Origin: Alphaproteobacteria bacterium
GTDB taxonomy: Bacteria > Pseudomonadota > Alphaproteobacteria > UBA3830
Direction of reading: 5' to 3'
NCBI GenBank assembly: GCA_045616365.1
Contig: JAZLGP010000055.1
Location: 450 to 64,449, forward strand
Length of the DNA: 64,000 bases
Positions 15,249 to 24,889 of the stretch are shown here, in pieces (the stretch's first letter is position 1; every line of letters begins with the position of its first letter). Position numbers and translations under genes: made by a program. The notes under the pieces are model-generated. The model searched no databases, had not been told where the DNA came from, and saw only the letters and a list, made by a program, of their open reading frames with translations.

Positions 15249-16220
15249 TTATTTTGCCGAAAAAGAATTTATCATTCCAAGGATAACCGGACCCAACATA
15301 ACTATGAACAAACACGGCATAATAAAGAACATCATAGGCAACGTTAACAATGTAGGAGCCTGCGCAGCTTTTCCTTCAGCTGTAAGCATTCTTTTTTCTC
15401 GAGCCTCAATCGCCAATTCTTTCAAGGAAGTAGACAATGACGAACCATATTCAATAGCCTGGCTGAGAGTTTTTGATATAGTTTTAATTTCAAGACAATC
15501 AGTTCTGTTTTCCAGGTTCGTAAAAACCTGTCGATGATCAGGGATCATTTCCAATTCAATTGACGTCAAACTGAGTTCATCAGCCAAAACTGGATTAGAA
15601 GTTCTCATTTCTCGAGCTATTCTTCTAATAGATTTTGTCAAATCCAAACCGGATTCAGTACAAATAACCAATAAATCAACCAAGTCAGGTACTCCTTTAT
15701 CTATGGATTCCTTTCTTTGCTTCGCTACCATTTCATAATTAAAATCAGTCAACTTATGTCCACCTAACACTCCACCTATTACTCCTATCAAGCACGTAAA
15801 AGACAAAGGAATATCGAAATCATTTGTCCCCAAAAGAAGCAATAAGATAATAAAAATCGCAAGACCAGAGGTAAACTTTGCAGTCATAAACTCTTCCATT
15901 GCTCCTTCATGTCTTACTCCTGCTTTTAAAAGGAGCACCTTCATATTATCTATTAAATCAGGATATCTCTCTCCGATAAAATTAAACAACTTATTGTCAC
16001 CAAACATTGGTCCTTTCGCACTTAAACCAATGCTTTCATCTTCGTCATCTCCCGCAATTCCTTCAACCTCTGAAGCCTGTACTCCGACTCTTTTAATTCT
16101 CGTTGCAACCCTTATGCTGCTTACAATTTTGTAAGCCCACAAATCAGCATAAGGCTTTACCCATAGATAAGCTGCAAAAGTAACACACAAAGTAATTATA
16201 TCCAAAAACGACTCTCTCAT
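15249..16220 (-). CDS. tadC: Tad pilus assembly inner-membrane protein TadC (T2SS-F family)
   Basis: A polytopic membrane protein with a GspF-like domain (SGLDLTKSIRRIAREM...), last in the cpa/tad operon. Confidence 0.82.
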   Translation of the reverse strand: MRESFLDIITLCVTFAAYLWVKPYADLWAYKIVSSIRVATRIKRVGVQASEVEGIAGDDEDESIGLSAKGPMFGDNKLFNFIGERYPDLIDNMKVLLLKAGVRHEGAMEEFMTAKFTSGLAIFIILLLLLGTNDFDIPLSFTCLIGVIGGVLGGHKLTDFNYEMVAKQRKESIDKGVPDLVDLLVICTESGLDLTKSIRRIAREMRTSNPVLADELSLTSIELEMIPDHRQVFTNLENRTDCLEIKTISKTLSQAIEYGSSLSTSLKELAIEAREKRMLTAEGKAAQAPTLLTLPMMFFIMPCLFIVMLGPVILGMINSFSAK

Positions 16221-16221
16221 T

Positions 16222-17259
16222 TCACACCTTTATCTTTGTAGCCTTCAGCATAAAAAAAGTTCCTGTGGAAAACAGAACAATAAGTATCTTAAGCAAAGTC
16301 TGACCTGCCCCAGGTTCCGTAAATGTCTTCAAGTGAGCTGGATTTATTAAAGCCATGATTCCTGCGAATATAAATGGCAGAGCACTAAGAACTATGGCGG
16401 ACATTCTAGCCTCTGCTGACATCGCTTTTAATTTTAGCCCAAGCTCCAGCCTTTTTCTTACAATACCACTGAGGTTTGATAAAATTTCTCCTAACATACC
16501 TCCGTTTTCCATTTGAAGAACCAATGCCACAACCAAAAATCTGAATTCCTCTAAATCTATCCTATCAGCCGCTTCCTGCAAAACCTTTTCAGGCTCGACA
16601 CCCAGATCAAATTTTTGACTAATTATCCTATACTCACCAGCGACTGGATCTTTGGATTCCATGCTGACTAGTTTCATGATACGCCCAATGTTCAATCCCG
16701 CTTTCACTCCTCGGATCATCATATCTATAGCATCTGGAAACAACGTTAAAAATTCCATCTTTTTCTTATCAGCTCTGGATTTCAAATAGTTGTATACCAA
16801 ATAAGCTCCTACACCCATCCCTATAGGAATTCCTGTTAAAGCATTTAAAAATCGAAAGTAAAGAATGATTGAAGACATCCCTACTCCACCCAAAAAGCAA
16901 AAAATCACGAAATGACCAACCGTTATATCTGTGATTCCCGCTTTTTTCATTATTTTTCCTATTTTATTCACGATATTTTGAGTCTGATCATTTAACTCTC
17001 CAACGTTTTGAAAGTCATTTTTTGCGAAAGTAGAAATCTTATCAGCTCCCGCTGACTCCAAAAGCATATCTTGCTGTTTAGACAGCATTTTTAAACGTCT
17101 TCTTATCTTAGCTTCTGCTGTCTCCTCTTCTTCCTTTTTCAAAGTAGGTTTGGACATCATTACGTAAGTTGTGTATGTACAAAAGAATGCAAAAAGGAAG
17201 AAAAATAAAAAATCAATAAGCGTCGCTGTCATTATTTGAGTCTCCCCCATTCTTCTCAA
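16222..17259 (-). CDS. tadB: Tad pilus assembly inner-membrane protein TadB (T2SS-F family)
   Basis: Has a GspF-like domain (FPDAIDMMIRGVKAGLNIGRIM...). The start is uncertain: in-frame ATGs at 17250 and 17232 all overlap the cpaF 3' end. Confidence 0.82.
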   Translation of the reverse strand: MRRMGETQIMTATLIDFLFFFLFAFFCTYTTYVMMSKPTLKKEEEETAEAKIRRRLKMLSKQQDMLLESAGADKISTFAKNDFQNVGELNDQTQNIVNKIGKIMKKAGITDITVGHFVIFCFLGGVGMSSIILYFRFLNALTGIPIGMGVGAYLVYNYLKSRADKKKMEFLTLFPDAIDMMIRGVKAGLNIGRIMKLVSMESKDPVAGEYRIISQKFDLGVEPEKVLQEAADRIDLEEFRFLVVALVLQMENGGMLGEILSNLSGIVRKRLELGLKLKAMSAEARMSAIVLSALPFIFAGIMALINPAHLKTFTEPGAGQTLLKILIVLFSTGTFFMLKATKIKV

Positions 17260-18562
17260 TTGCTTCTCGCATTACACTCAACAGTTCCTTATCGAGACCA
17301 TAAGTTATAGCTTTGTCCAAAAAAGCTGGTTGCTCTACCTTTGCTTCAAATCTGCCGATAACCTTATGATCTTCGGATTCTCCTATAGGAACGAACTTGA
17401 ACAAATGCTGATACTGAATATCGCCTCTTTCGCTAATACCTGTAACTTCCACAATCTCCGTGATCTTTCTAGTACCATCATGAAGTCGCTCTGTCTGAAC
17501 AATCATATTAATAGCACCAGCTATCTGTGCTCTCACTATCTCGCTAGGCAAATCAAATCCAGACATTGCAACCATGTTTTCCAAACGAATAAAAGCTTCT
17601 CGAGCTCTGTTTGCGTGAATTGTTGACATAGATCCATCGTGACCGGTGTTCATCGCCTGTAACATGTCGATACACTCTTCTCCTCTAACCTCTCCGATAA
17701 CAATTCGATCAGGTCTCATACGAAGTGCGTTTTTAACCAAATCTCGAATAGTTATTTCTCCTTTTCCTTCTATGTTAGGTGGACGACTTTCCAATCGAAC
17801 TACATGAGGCTGCTGCAATTTTAACTCTGCCGCGTCCTCACATGTTACAATACGTTCACGAGGATCAATAAGTTGAGATAATGCGTTTAACATTGTTGTT
17901 TTTCCTGAACCTGTACCCCCAGAAACGATAATATTTAATCCGCAAGTAGATGCTATCTGCAAAACCCTAACCATTTCCTCAGTCAAACTTCCATTTCCCG
18001 CCAATTTATGCAAATCCATAGCTTTCTTGGAAAATTTACGTATTGAAATAGACGCACCATCCAGTGCAATAGGGGGAACAACTATGTTAACACGGCTACC
18101 ATCAGGAAGACGAGCATCACAGAGCGGACTCGAAGTATCAACACGACGACCAACTCTATGTGCAATACGTTGCGCGATCTGCATAAGGTGAGCATCATCT
18201 CGGAATTTTACTGGAACTAATTGCATAATTCCTCGCTTTTCAACATATATTTGAAAAGGTCCGTTAACAACAATATCCGAAATCGTATCATCGTCTAACA
18301 ATATCTCCAAAGGCCCTAGACCAATCATATCATCGACTAACTCTCGAGCTATCCCGACCTGCTCCCTTTTCGTAATCTGAGCTCGACGCTCTTGAGCAAA
18401 CTCGAAAACGAAATTTTCAATTTCTGTTCTCAACTCTTGAGGAGTTAATTTGAAAGCCGTTGCCAAATTGATTCGGCTCAACATAGTATCGTGAGCTTCT
18501 TTTCGAAAGACCGTAAGTAAAGGAGATTCTTCAATTATCGCATCTTTTGTTTCATCAGCCAT
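17213..18562 (-). CDS. cpaF: Tad/Cpa pilus secretion ATPase CpaF/TadA
   Basis: Has Walker [17 protein letters not shown], then [11 protein letters not shown] and [14 protein letters not shown], which are typical VirB11/CpaF-family motifs. Confidence 0.93.
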   Translation of the reverse strand: MADETKDAIIEESPLLTVFRKEAHDTMLSRINLATAFKLTPQELRTEIENFVFEFAQERRAQITKREQVGIARELVDDMIGLGPLEILLDDDTISDIVVNGPFQIYVEKRGIMQLVPVKFRDDAHLMQIAQRIAHRVGRRVDTSSPLCDARLPDGSRVNIVVPPIALDGASISIRKFSKKAMDLHKLAGNGSLTEEMVRVLQIASTCGLNIIVSGGTGSGKTTMLNALSQLIDPRERIVTCEDAAELKLQQPHVVRLESRPPNIEGKGEITIRDLVKNALRMRPDRIVIGEVRGEECIDMLQAMNTGHDGSMSTIHANRAREAFIRLENMVAMSGFDLPSEIVRAQIAGAINMIVQTERLHDGTRKITEIVEVTGISERGDIQYQHLFKFVPIGESEDHKVIGRFEAKVEQPAFLDKAITYGLDKELLSVMREAIEKNGGDSNNDSDAY

Positions 18563-18575
18563 TTAATTTCTCCCT

Positions 18576-19814
18576 TTATTTTTTCATAAATTTACCGATC
18601 ATGCTGAGAACTTCGTTCTTGACTTTTTCAAAATTGATCCCTTCCTTTTCGGCTATCGCTTGAGCGATAGCTTGGTTCTCATTCTTGCCAAGAACATCAT
18701 CAGTAATTTCTTCTAAAATTTCAGTCAAAGGCCCCTCTGAAACAACCAAAGGTTGACCTATATTTGCTGCTGCAAGAGTTATAGTCTCATCCAAAGGCAT
18801 GACATAATCGATTTTTCTGCCTATAACTTCTTCAAATGATTCTTTTGTAATGGCCCCCGAACTGGAAAGTCCGTTCTTATTATCAATGATGATAATCTTT
18901 CTACTACCGTATTCAACAGATAGAAACTCTAGCAATCTTGCTGCATTTTGAGCTGATGCCATTGTCATTTCAACCATAATTATAAAGCTATCTGCTTTTT
19001 TCATAGAAACCTTGTTGGTCTCACTTACATCTCGTTGAGAATCAACCAAAACATAGTTAAATTGCTTTTTCAGCAATGCAATCAAAGCCTCAAAAGCTTT
19101 TATATCAACCTGCACCCCCCTAACTAAATCGCATAACCCTCCTAAATAATACAATCGTTGAGTACATTTTCTCAAAATTGTCTCGGTAAAATAGTCATCG
19201 ATTTTATCAGGAGACTCTAAAATGTCCAAATATGCATTTTCAGCCTTAATATCGAGAAGCAAGTTCGCTGTTCCGTATAGAAAATCTAAATCTACAATCA
19301 ACGTACGCTTAAATCTTCTATTTGCAAGCAACCACCCAACGTTTGCAACAACTGTTGTAGCACCCGCTCCGCCAGTAGCGCTCATCACATGAATCAATTT
19401 CCCTTCTTTTTGAACATCGTTTTTTATTCCATTAGCCTGTTCAATAGCTCTTCTCAACAAGATATTACTCAAAGGTTTTACTATGTAATCCACAACACCC
19501 GCTGCTTTCAAATCTCGAAACAATCCAACTTCATTTCTCGACCCGATTACGATAATCGAAATATTAGGAGCACTGAACTCCTTTATCTTGGCAATATCTC
19601 CCAAAGGAAGCTCCGAATTAGAAACATCAATTACCAAAACCTTTGGAGTTCTATTCGTTTTTAAGAATTCCATAACATCAGCAACACTTCCCATCCTCGC
19701 TTCTGCATATGCCATATTCATTTCTCTTATAACATTCCAGATGACTTGCTCAGAAACAGGATCATTTACAAAAGCAACTAAGTTATGAGGTAAATCAGAT
19801 GTATTTTTTGCCAT
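18576..19814 (-). CDS. cpaE: Tad pilus assembly protein CpaE/TadZ (receiver-like N-domain plus ParA/MinD-like ATPase domain)
   Basis: Has a deviant Walker-A-like SATGGAGATTVVANVG and the expected operon position between cpaD and cpaF. Confidence 0.85.
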   Translation of the reverse strand: MAKNTSDLPHNLVAFVNDPVSEQVIWNVIREMNMAYAEARMGSVADVMEFLKTNRTPKVLVIDVSNSELPLGDIAKIKEFSAPNISIIVIGSRNEVGLFRDLKAAGVVDYIVKPLSNILLRRAIEQANGIKNDVQKEGKLIHVMSATGGAGATTVVANVGWLLANRRFKRTLIVDLDFLYGTANLLLDIKAENAYLDILESPDKIDDYFTETILRKCTQRLYYLGGLCDLVRGVQVDIKAFEALIALLKKQFNYVLVDSQRDVSETNKVSMKKADSFIIMVEMTMASAQNAARLLEFLSVEYGSRKIIIIDNKNGLSSSGAITKESFEEVIGRKIDYVMPLDETITLAAANIGQPLVVSEGPLTEILEEITDDVLGKNENQAIAQAIAEKEGINFEKVKNEVLSMIGKFMKK

Positions 19815-19828
19815 AATAAATCTCCCCT

Positions 19829-20506
19829 TTATTTATTACCTGAAGACGAAGAACTTTTACTTGAAAATGAGCTACTGCTTGAAGATGAACCACCACCTGA
19901 AAACGATCCCATATCATTCATTGCACTTATCGCCAACTCCGTCCTCTGTCCTTTATATTTTCTTGGAGCAATTAAATCAGCCTTATTTGCTATCATTTCT
20001 TCCATATTGTAATTCATCGCATTTCCATATTTAGGCAACGGCTTTTCTAAATTGCAATCTCCTATCGAATCATTCCACAAATCAACATCTGTTTTTTGGA
20101 GATCATATTTCAAAACATCTACTCGAACTCCTTTCTTGGCATCCTTATATATGCAAGTTCCTGAATCAATAATGCGACTTTCCAAAAAACCAGCTCTAAG
20201 CATTTTCGACTTCACTTGATTTGACAGACCTATTTTTTGATCTTTCAATACGGGAGAATCAGAAATTATCATAAATCCGATATTCTCTATACCCTCACCT
20301 TTTGAATCTCTCAACAGTTTTACCAACCTTTCATTATCGGCATTCGACATCTGAAAATCATTATTTACACTAAAAAAATGAGAAGTTTTATTTTCGGTTA
20401 TATTAATACTTGGCCATTCTAAATCTCTTCCGACCGTTGTTTCTTTTTCACTACATCCTGTTAACAACAAACAAACTGCCGTTAAACTACTAAAAAAATT
20501 CTTCAT
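19829..20506 (-). CDS. cpaD: CpaD-like pilus-assembly lipoprotein with a poly-Ser C-terminal tail
   Basis: Has the lipobox LLLTGC (MKNFFSSLTAVCLLLTGCSEKE). The ATG at 20506 follows a GGAGG Shine-Dalgarno sequence. The call rests on its position between cpaC and cpaE. The tail is GGGSSSSSSSFSSKSSSSSGNK. Confidence 0.55.
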   Translation of the reverse strand: MKNFFSSLTAVCLLLTGCSEKETTVGRDLEWPSINITENKTSHFFSVNNDFQMSNADNERLVKLLRDSKGEGIENIGFMIISDSPVLKDQKIGLSNQVKSKMLRAGFLESRIIDSGTCIYKDAKKGVRVDVLKYDLQKTDVDLWNDSIGDCNLEKPLPKYGNAMNYNMEEMIANKADLIAPRKYKGQRTELAISAMNDMGSFSGGGSSSSSSSFSSKSSSSSGNK

Positions 20507-20518
20507 AACTACCTCCAC

Positions 20519-21979
20519 TTACTTCAACGAAAATCCTGCACTATCCGCCTCTTGTCCCACCTGGTGAAACCTTCTCTTTGTAATGGACTTCAGAGGAGAT
20601 AACATTTTGGGAACCATATCTGTCGGAGCTTTCAACTTCTTTGAAGATGGTTTTACAATATAAGGAGTAACTATAATAACCAACTCATTCTCATTTGAAT
20701 TTACTGTCGAATTTCTAAACAAAGAACCTATCAACGGAAAACTCGATAAAAATGGTGTCTCCGTAATTTTTGAATCTCTATTTGTTTGAAGAAGTCCTGC
20801 TAATGCCAAACTTTGTCCACTTCCTAGTTCTACAAAAGTTTCAACTTCTTTCTTCGTTAGGTTTGGCGAACCATCGTCATTCTTAGCACCTAAAGTACTA
20901 ACTTCCGCCTTTACCTTTATGTTAATTCGATCCTCAGAAAGCACCACAGGAGTAAACTCAATAGAAGTCCCCCAATCCTTGAATTCAGTAGTTTTGCTAT
21001 CGCTATTATTTTGAGAAACAGTGTACCCTTGTTCTCCGCCAGATTTAAATGTTGCAGACTTACCAGATAACGCCACAAGATTCGGTTCTGCTAACACTGT
21101 TGCATAAGTTTCTGAAGCCAAAGCATCAATTAACGCTGAAAGATTATTTATGCCTGCAGATACAACCCATCTTCCACCCCCTATACTATTCGTCAAAGTT
21201 TTTTCACTCCCCAAAAGATTTGTTCTAATTTCATCTAAATCTGCAGAAAATTCAGGCAAACCGAGAGTAGATTCACCAGTGGCCATACCGACCAATCCTG
21301 ATGACGCGCCCGTTGCAGACAAAGCCCTCCAATTAACCCCCAAAGATTTCTTTACCTCTCTGGTAACCTCGGCAACTTTTACTTTAAGCATAACCTGAGT
21401 AGCTGTTTCTATTGACATTTTATTGATAATTTTTGCTTGATCAACAAACCTCCCAACAATATCCAATACGTCCTGAGCCATTTCTGGGGATGCAACACTC
21501 CCCTTCAAAATTAAATTGTTATCGACAGATACTAAATCTATTCCTAAATCAGGAAAAATTTTACCAATCGCTCTTCTTATATCTTTCAATGGATATGTAA
21601 CTCTCACTATATAGTCTGAAAGAATCCTTCCTTCTTTGTCATGAACTACTAAAGACGTTGTTCCCGGAGCGATACCACTTAAATATAAAGATTTATCACT
21701 TAACATTTCAACATCTGCTACTTCAGAATTCGGAATGAATATTTCACCAATCTTTTTATCGAATTTCAGAAAGTTAACAGAATTTATCTCTATTTCTTTT
21801 TCTGTCTTTACTGCTCGTACAGCTGCATCTTTGGCTTCCGCTTGCTTTTGATTTTTTATACTGCGAATAAAACTATCCTTCATTATTCCGTTAACAGTAT
21901 CATTTTCAACTGCTGAAACATTCGATATGTTCAACAAACCAAGAAAAGCTAAACATATCACACTTACTTTTTTTCTCAT
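20519..21979 (-). CDS. cpaC: Tad pilus secretin CpaC/RcpA
   Basis: Has a signal peptide MRKKVSVICLAFLGLLNISNVSA, a BON-like N-domain and a secretin C-domain (LAEPNLVALSGKSATFKSGGE...ELVIIVTPYIV). The ATG at 21979 follows an AGGAGA Shine-Dalgarno sequence. Confidence 0.9.
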   Translation of the reverse strand: MRKKVSVICLAFLGLLNISNVSAVENDTVNGIMKDSFIRSIKNQKQAEAKDAAVRAVKTEKEIEINSVNFLKFDKKIGEIFIPNSEVADVEMLSDKSLYLSGIAPGTTSLVVHDKEGRILSDYIVRVTYPLKDIRRAIGKIFPDLGIDLVSVDNNLILKGSVASPEMAQDVLDIVGRFVDQAKIINKMSIETATQVMLKVKVAEVTREVKKSLGVNWRALSATGASSGLVGMATGESTLGLPEFSADLDEIRTNLLGSEKTLTNSIGGGRWVVSAGINNLSALIDALASETYATVLAEPNLVALSGKSATFKSGGEQGYTVSQNNSDSKTTEFKDWGTSIEFTPVVLSEDRINIKVKAEVSTLGAKNDDGSPNLTKKEVETFVELGSGQSLALAGLLQTNRDSKITETPFLSSFPLIGSLFRNSTVNSNENELVIIVTPYIVKPSSKKLKAPTDMVPKMLSPLKSITKRRFHQVGQEADSAGFSLK

Positions 21980-22004
21980 ATCACTTCTCCTACACACGAA
22001 TCTT

Positions 22005-23318
22005 TTACTTTCTGCTACCTTCATCGCTCATTGAACCATTCATGCCGATATCCCCACCTTTTACTCTCTTACCATTCTTGTAAAACTGTACTTCATCAGG
22101 CGTTAACTTCCTGTATATTTTGACTGGCTCATCTTTTTCTTCCTCTTTCTTTTTATCTGATTCCGAAACAATTCTTCCCGATACAACTTCGTACTTACTC
22201 GAATCTTCTGATGATAAATTAGCCTCACCTTTGTTTTTTGGAGTAGCCTGAAGACTAAAACTGTTCATGTTATGCAAAAGTGCCGATATGTTTCGCTCTT
22301 CCTCTTGACGTTTTTTGGCTGATTCCTTCAATATTTCTGCTGATGATGAAGATCTACTCATCTCCCAAATACTTTTAATCAAGTTATTATTTGCTGAAGC
22401 TTGGTTATGATTTTCCTCTTCAAATTCCTCTTCTTCAAAAGTATCATCAATCCCCTCATCTTTACTTCTAAGGGTCACAGTAATACCGTTATTACCTGCT
22501 TGTTTCAACATAGTGTTAACTAAGCTTTCTTTGACCTCCAACGTAATATTTTTCGGAGTTGACGATCCAAAGCCAATTCCACCACCAAAGAGTCCACCAC
22601 TATTCGGGTCTTTTTCAACATTTCCTGGCTTCATAACACCATCTATTGCAATAATTTTTAGCGCCTTATAAACGTGAGTTTTTTGTTGATTCCCTTCAAA
22701 TGAATTTATAATAACATCTATATAATCTCCTGGAGAAATCATGCTCTTAGAAATCGGTGTTCTTTGATCGACTTGGAAAGGCACAGCTCTGTACCCAACC
22801 TTAATAAAGGTCTCCGATTCCTTTTTCTTTTTCTCAACTGTTAATTTTTTGGCTTTTTCTGCTTCTTCTGCCTCCTTCTTTTTTCTTGCAATTTCTACGG
22901 GATCATTACTCGTTAACATACTTAAGGTCAAAGGCATCCCTGCAGGGATTTCGTTTTTCGCCCACATATTCAACGCATTAGCGTAGTCCGTTCTGTTATT
23001 TAACGGATTTCCTTTACTATCCTGAGCAATGAAGTAAGGTTGGACCGCATTAGCTGGCCAAGATCTCCAACTCAATTTGCCTTGAATAATTCTTTCGTCC
23101 TTTTTAATTTCAGCACTCGTTACCAAAACTTGAATTTCTTTCACTTTTTTCTGCTCAGATTTAATCATCAAAGGAATATCTGACGTTGACAGCTCTTTTT
23201 TTAGCGGTTGTTGCTTTATGATTGTGCCTCCAGGAAGCATCCATCGGACTATTCCCGTAATCACCAGGGCTACTGCCGACGCCATAACAATAGGAAGTAC
23301 ATCTTTTTTATTACCCAT
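22005..23318 (-). CDS. cpaB: Flp pilus assembly protein CpaB/RcpC with a charged insertion and a ~140-aa C-terminal extension
   Basis: Has an N-terminal anchor VLPIVMASAVALVITGIV, SAF-like and CpaB-like regions (GYRAVPFQVD...GDYIDVI...ITLEV), and then a low-complexity acidic/basic tail. Confidence 0.78.
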   Translation of the reverse strand: MGNKKDVLPIVMASAVALVITGIVRWMLPGGTIIKQQPLKKELSTSDIPLMIKSEQKKVKEIQVLVTSAEIKKDERIIQGKLSWRSWPANAVQPYFIAQDSKGNPLNNRTDYANALNMWAKNEIPAGMPLTLSMLTSNDPVEIARKKKEAEEAEKAKKLTVEKKKKESETFIKVGYRAVPFQVDQRTPISKSMISPGDYIDVIINSFEGNQQKTHVYKALKIIAIDGVMKPGNVEKDPNSGGLFGGGIGFGSSTPKNITLEVKESLVNTMLKQAGNNGITVTLRSKDEGIDDTFEEEEFEEENHNQASANNNLIKSIWEMSRSSSSAEILKESAKKRQEEERNISALLHNMNSFSLQATPKNKGEANLSSEDSSKYEVVSGRIVSESDKKKEEEKDEPVKIYRKLTPDEVQFYKNGKRVKGGDIGMNGSMSDEGSRK

Positions 23319-23322
23319 ATCA

Positions 23323-23886
23323 TCACCTAAACATCACATCAAAAATCACAAAAAAACCTCCGCAAGATAACGCCACACCGTAAGGCACTTCCTGCTTTAA
23401 CACATCGGCTTCTTCTACTTCAAACTTTACCGATCTTGCTTTTATTCTATAAAATGAAAGTAAAATAAATCTTAAAAAACGAATTTTTTTCTTTTTCAAT
23501 ATAGAAAATATAATAAATAATCTTCTTCTAACATCTGACACCATCTTTCCGCAGAACATATAAACCAAAGCAACAATTAATCCGCCAATGGCTGTGCCCC
23601 AGATAAACTCAAATATACTGTTTTCAGAAAACAATATAAGCGGAACAAGTAACTTTACATCACCACCACCTATTAAGTTAAATTGATTCAGCACAAAACA
23701 GATTGAAAAAGTAATACATGCAATTTTAAACGCCTCTGCAAAATTTTGTCCTGATACACCGAAACAATAAGACATTGCGTATAAAAGGAATAAAAACAAG
23801 ACATATTCGTTTTCAATTCTAAAAAACATAAAATCGTTTAGAGCTATAATAATTAAGACTAACGCAAAACAACACCAAACTAACAA
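23323..23886 (-). CDS. cpaA: A24-family prepilin peptidase CpaA/TadV
   Basis: A polytopic membrane protein with two catalytic-Asp contexts, IIALNDFMFFRI and IGGGDVKLLVPL. It has a TTG start. Confidence 0.8.
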   Translation of the reverse strand: MLVWCCFALVLIIIALNDFMFFRIENEYVLFLFLLYAMSYCFGVSGQNFAEAFKIACITFSICFVLNQFNLIGGGDVKLLVPLILFSENSIFEFIWGTAIGGLIVALVYMFCGKMVSDVRRRLFIIFSILKKKKIRFLRFILLSFYRIKARSVKFEVEEADVLKQEVPYGVALSCGGFFVIFDVMFR

Positions 23887-24032
23887 GTTTCAACTCCTTA
23901 TTGCTTTCATCGTAAATGATTTACGTAAAGATAAAGTTAATTTCGAATCAAATTTATAATTTTAATTTCTCTATAGATCTTATATTTTGTAGGTCTTATA
24001 ATTATACTGGAATTTCAAGAAGGAGATGAATT

Positions 24033-24773
24033 ATGTTAGTTAATTTTGAAACACATGATGCAATTGCGATTTTAACATTAAATAATCCGAAAAAGTTGAA
24101 TGCACTCAGTACAAATTTTATCGAAGAAATGTACAAGTGTCTTTTAGATGTCGAAAAAAAAGCTAATGTTTTAGTGATATTTGGTACAGAAAAAGCATTT
24201 GCTGCTGGAGTTGACATTAACGAAATAGACACATTATCATTTGAACAATCTTTATTGAAAGAATTCATCGACTATAAATGGGAACGCGTACTTAACATAA
24301 AGATACCCGTAATTACTGGCGTAGAGAAATACGCTCTCGGCGGAGGTTTTGAATTAGCATTGGCTTCCGACATAATAATAGCAAGTGAAAATGCTAAATT
24401 CGGATTCCCAGAGGTAAATTTAGGACTCATGCCTGGATTAGGCGGAACTCAACTCCTTACAAGAATTGTAGGAGCAAAAAAAGCTAGCGAATTAATTATG
24501 AGCGGTAAATTTATCGATGCGAAAGAAGCTTTGAGGCTTAACATCATTTCAAAAATAACAACTCCTCCAGCAAATTTAAAAGAGGAAACTTTAAATCTTG
24601 CAAAAAAAATATCGGAAAAATCTCCAACAAGCCTGCGGCTTATAAAGGAAGCTATACAGCTTTCCCAAAACACCGGATGTCTTCAGGGAATAAAAACCGA
24701 AAGAAACTTGTTTCGATCACTTTTTTCAACATCTTACAAAGAAAAATTAACTAAAGAGTTTTTGAAAAAATAA
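24033..24773 (+). CDS. enoyl-CoA hydratase/isomerase (crotonase) family protein
   Basis: AILTLNNPKKLNALS, FAAGVDINE and ALGGGFELALASDIIIAS are crotonase-fold signatures. An AAGGAGA Shine-Dalgarno sequence precedes the ATG. Confidence 0.88.
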   Translation: MLVNFETHDAIAILTLNNPKKLNALSTNFIEEMYKCLLDVEKKANVLVIFGTEKAFAAGVDINEIDTLSFEQSLLKEFIDYKWERVLNIKIPVITGVEKYALGGGFELALASDIIIASENAKFGFPEVNLGLMPGLGGTQLLTRIVGAKKASELIMSGKFIDAKEALRLNIISKITTPPANLKEETLNLAKKISEKSPTSLRLIKEAIQLSQNTGCLQGIKTERNLFRSLFSTSYKEKLTKEFLKK

Positions 24774-24889
24774 AATAGTTCCGAAACGATCAGAGGAATC
24801 CAAAAATTATTCGATCTAATATCCACCGCAAATTTCGGACAGTTCAATTGCAAAAAATCCTCTCACTATTATACGAGCTAATTTTTTAG

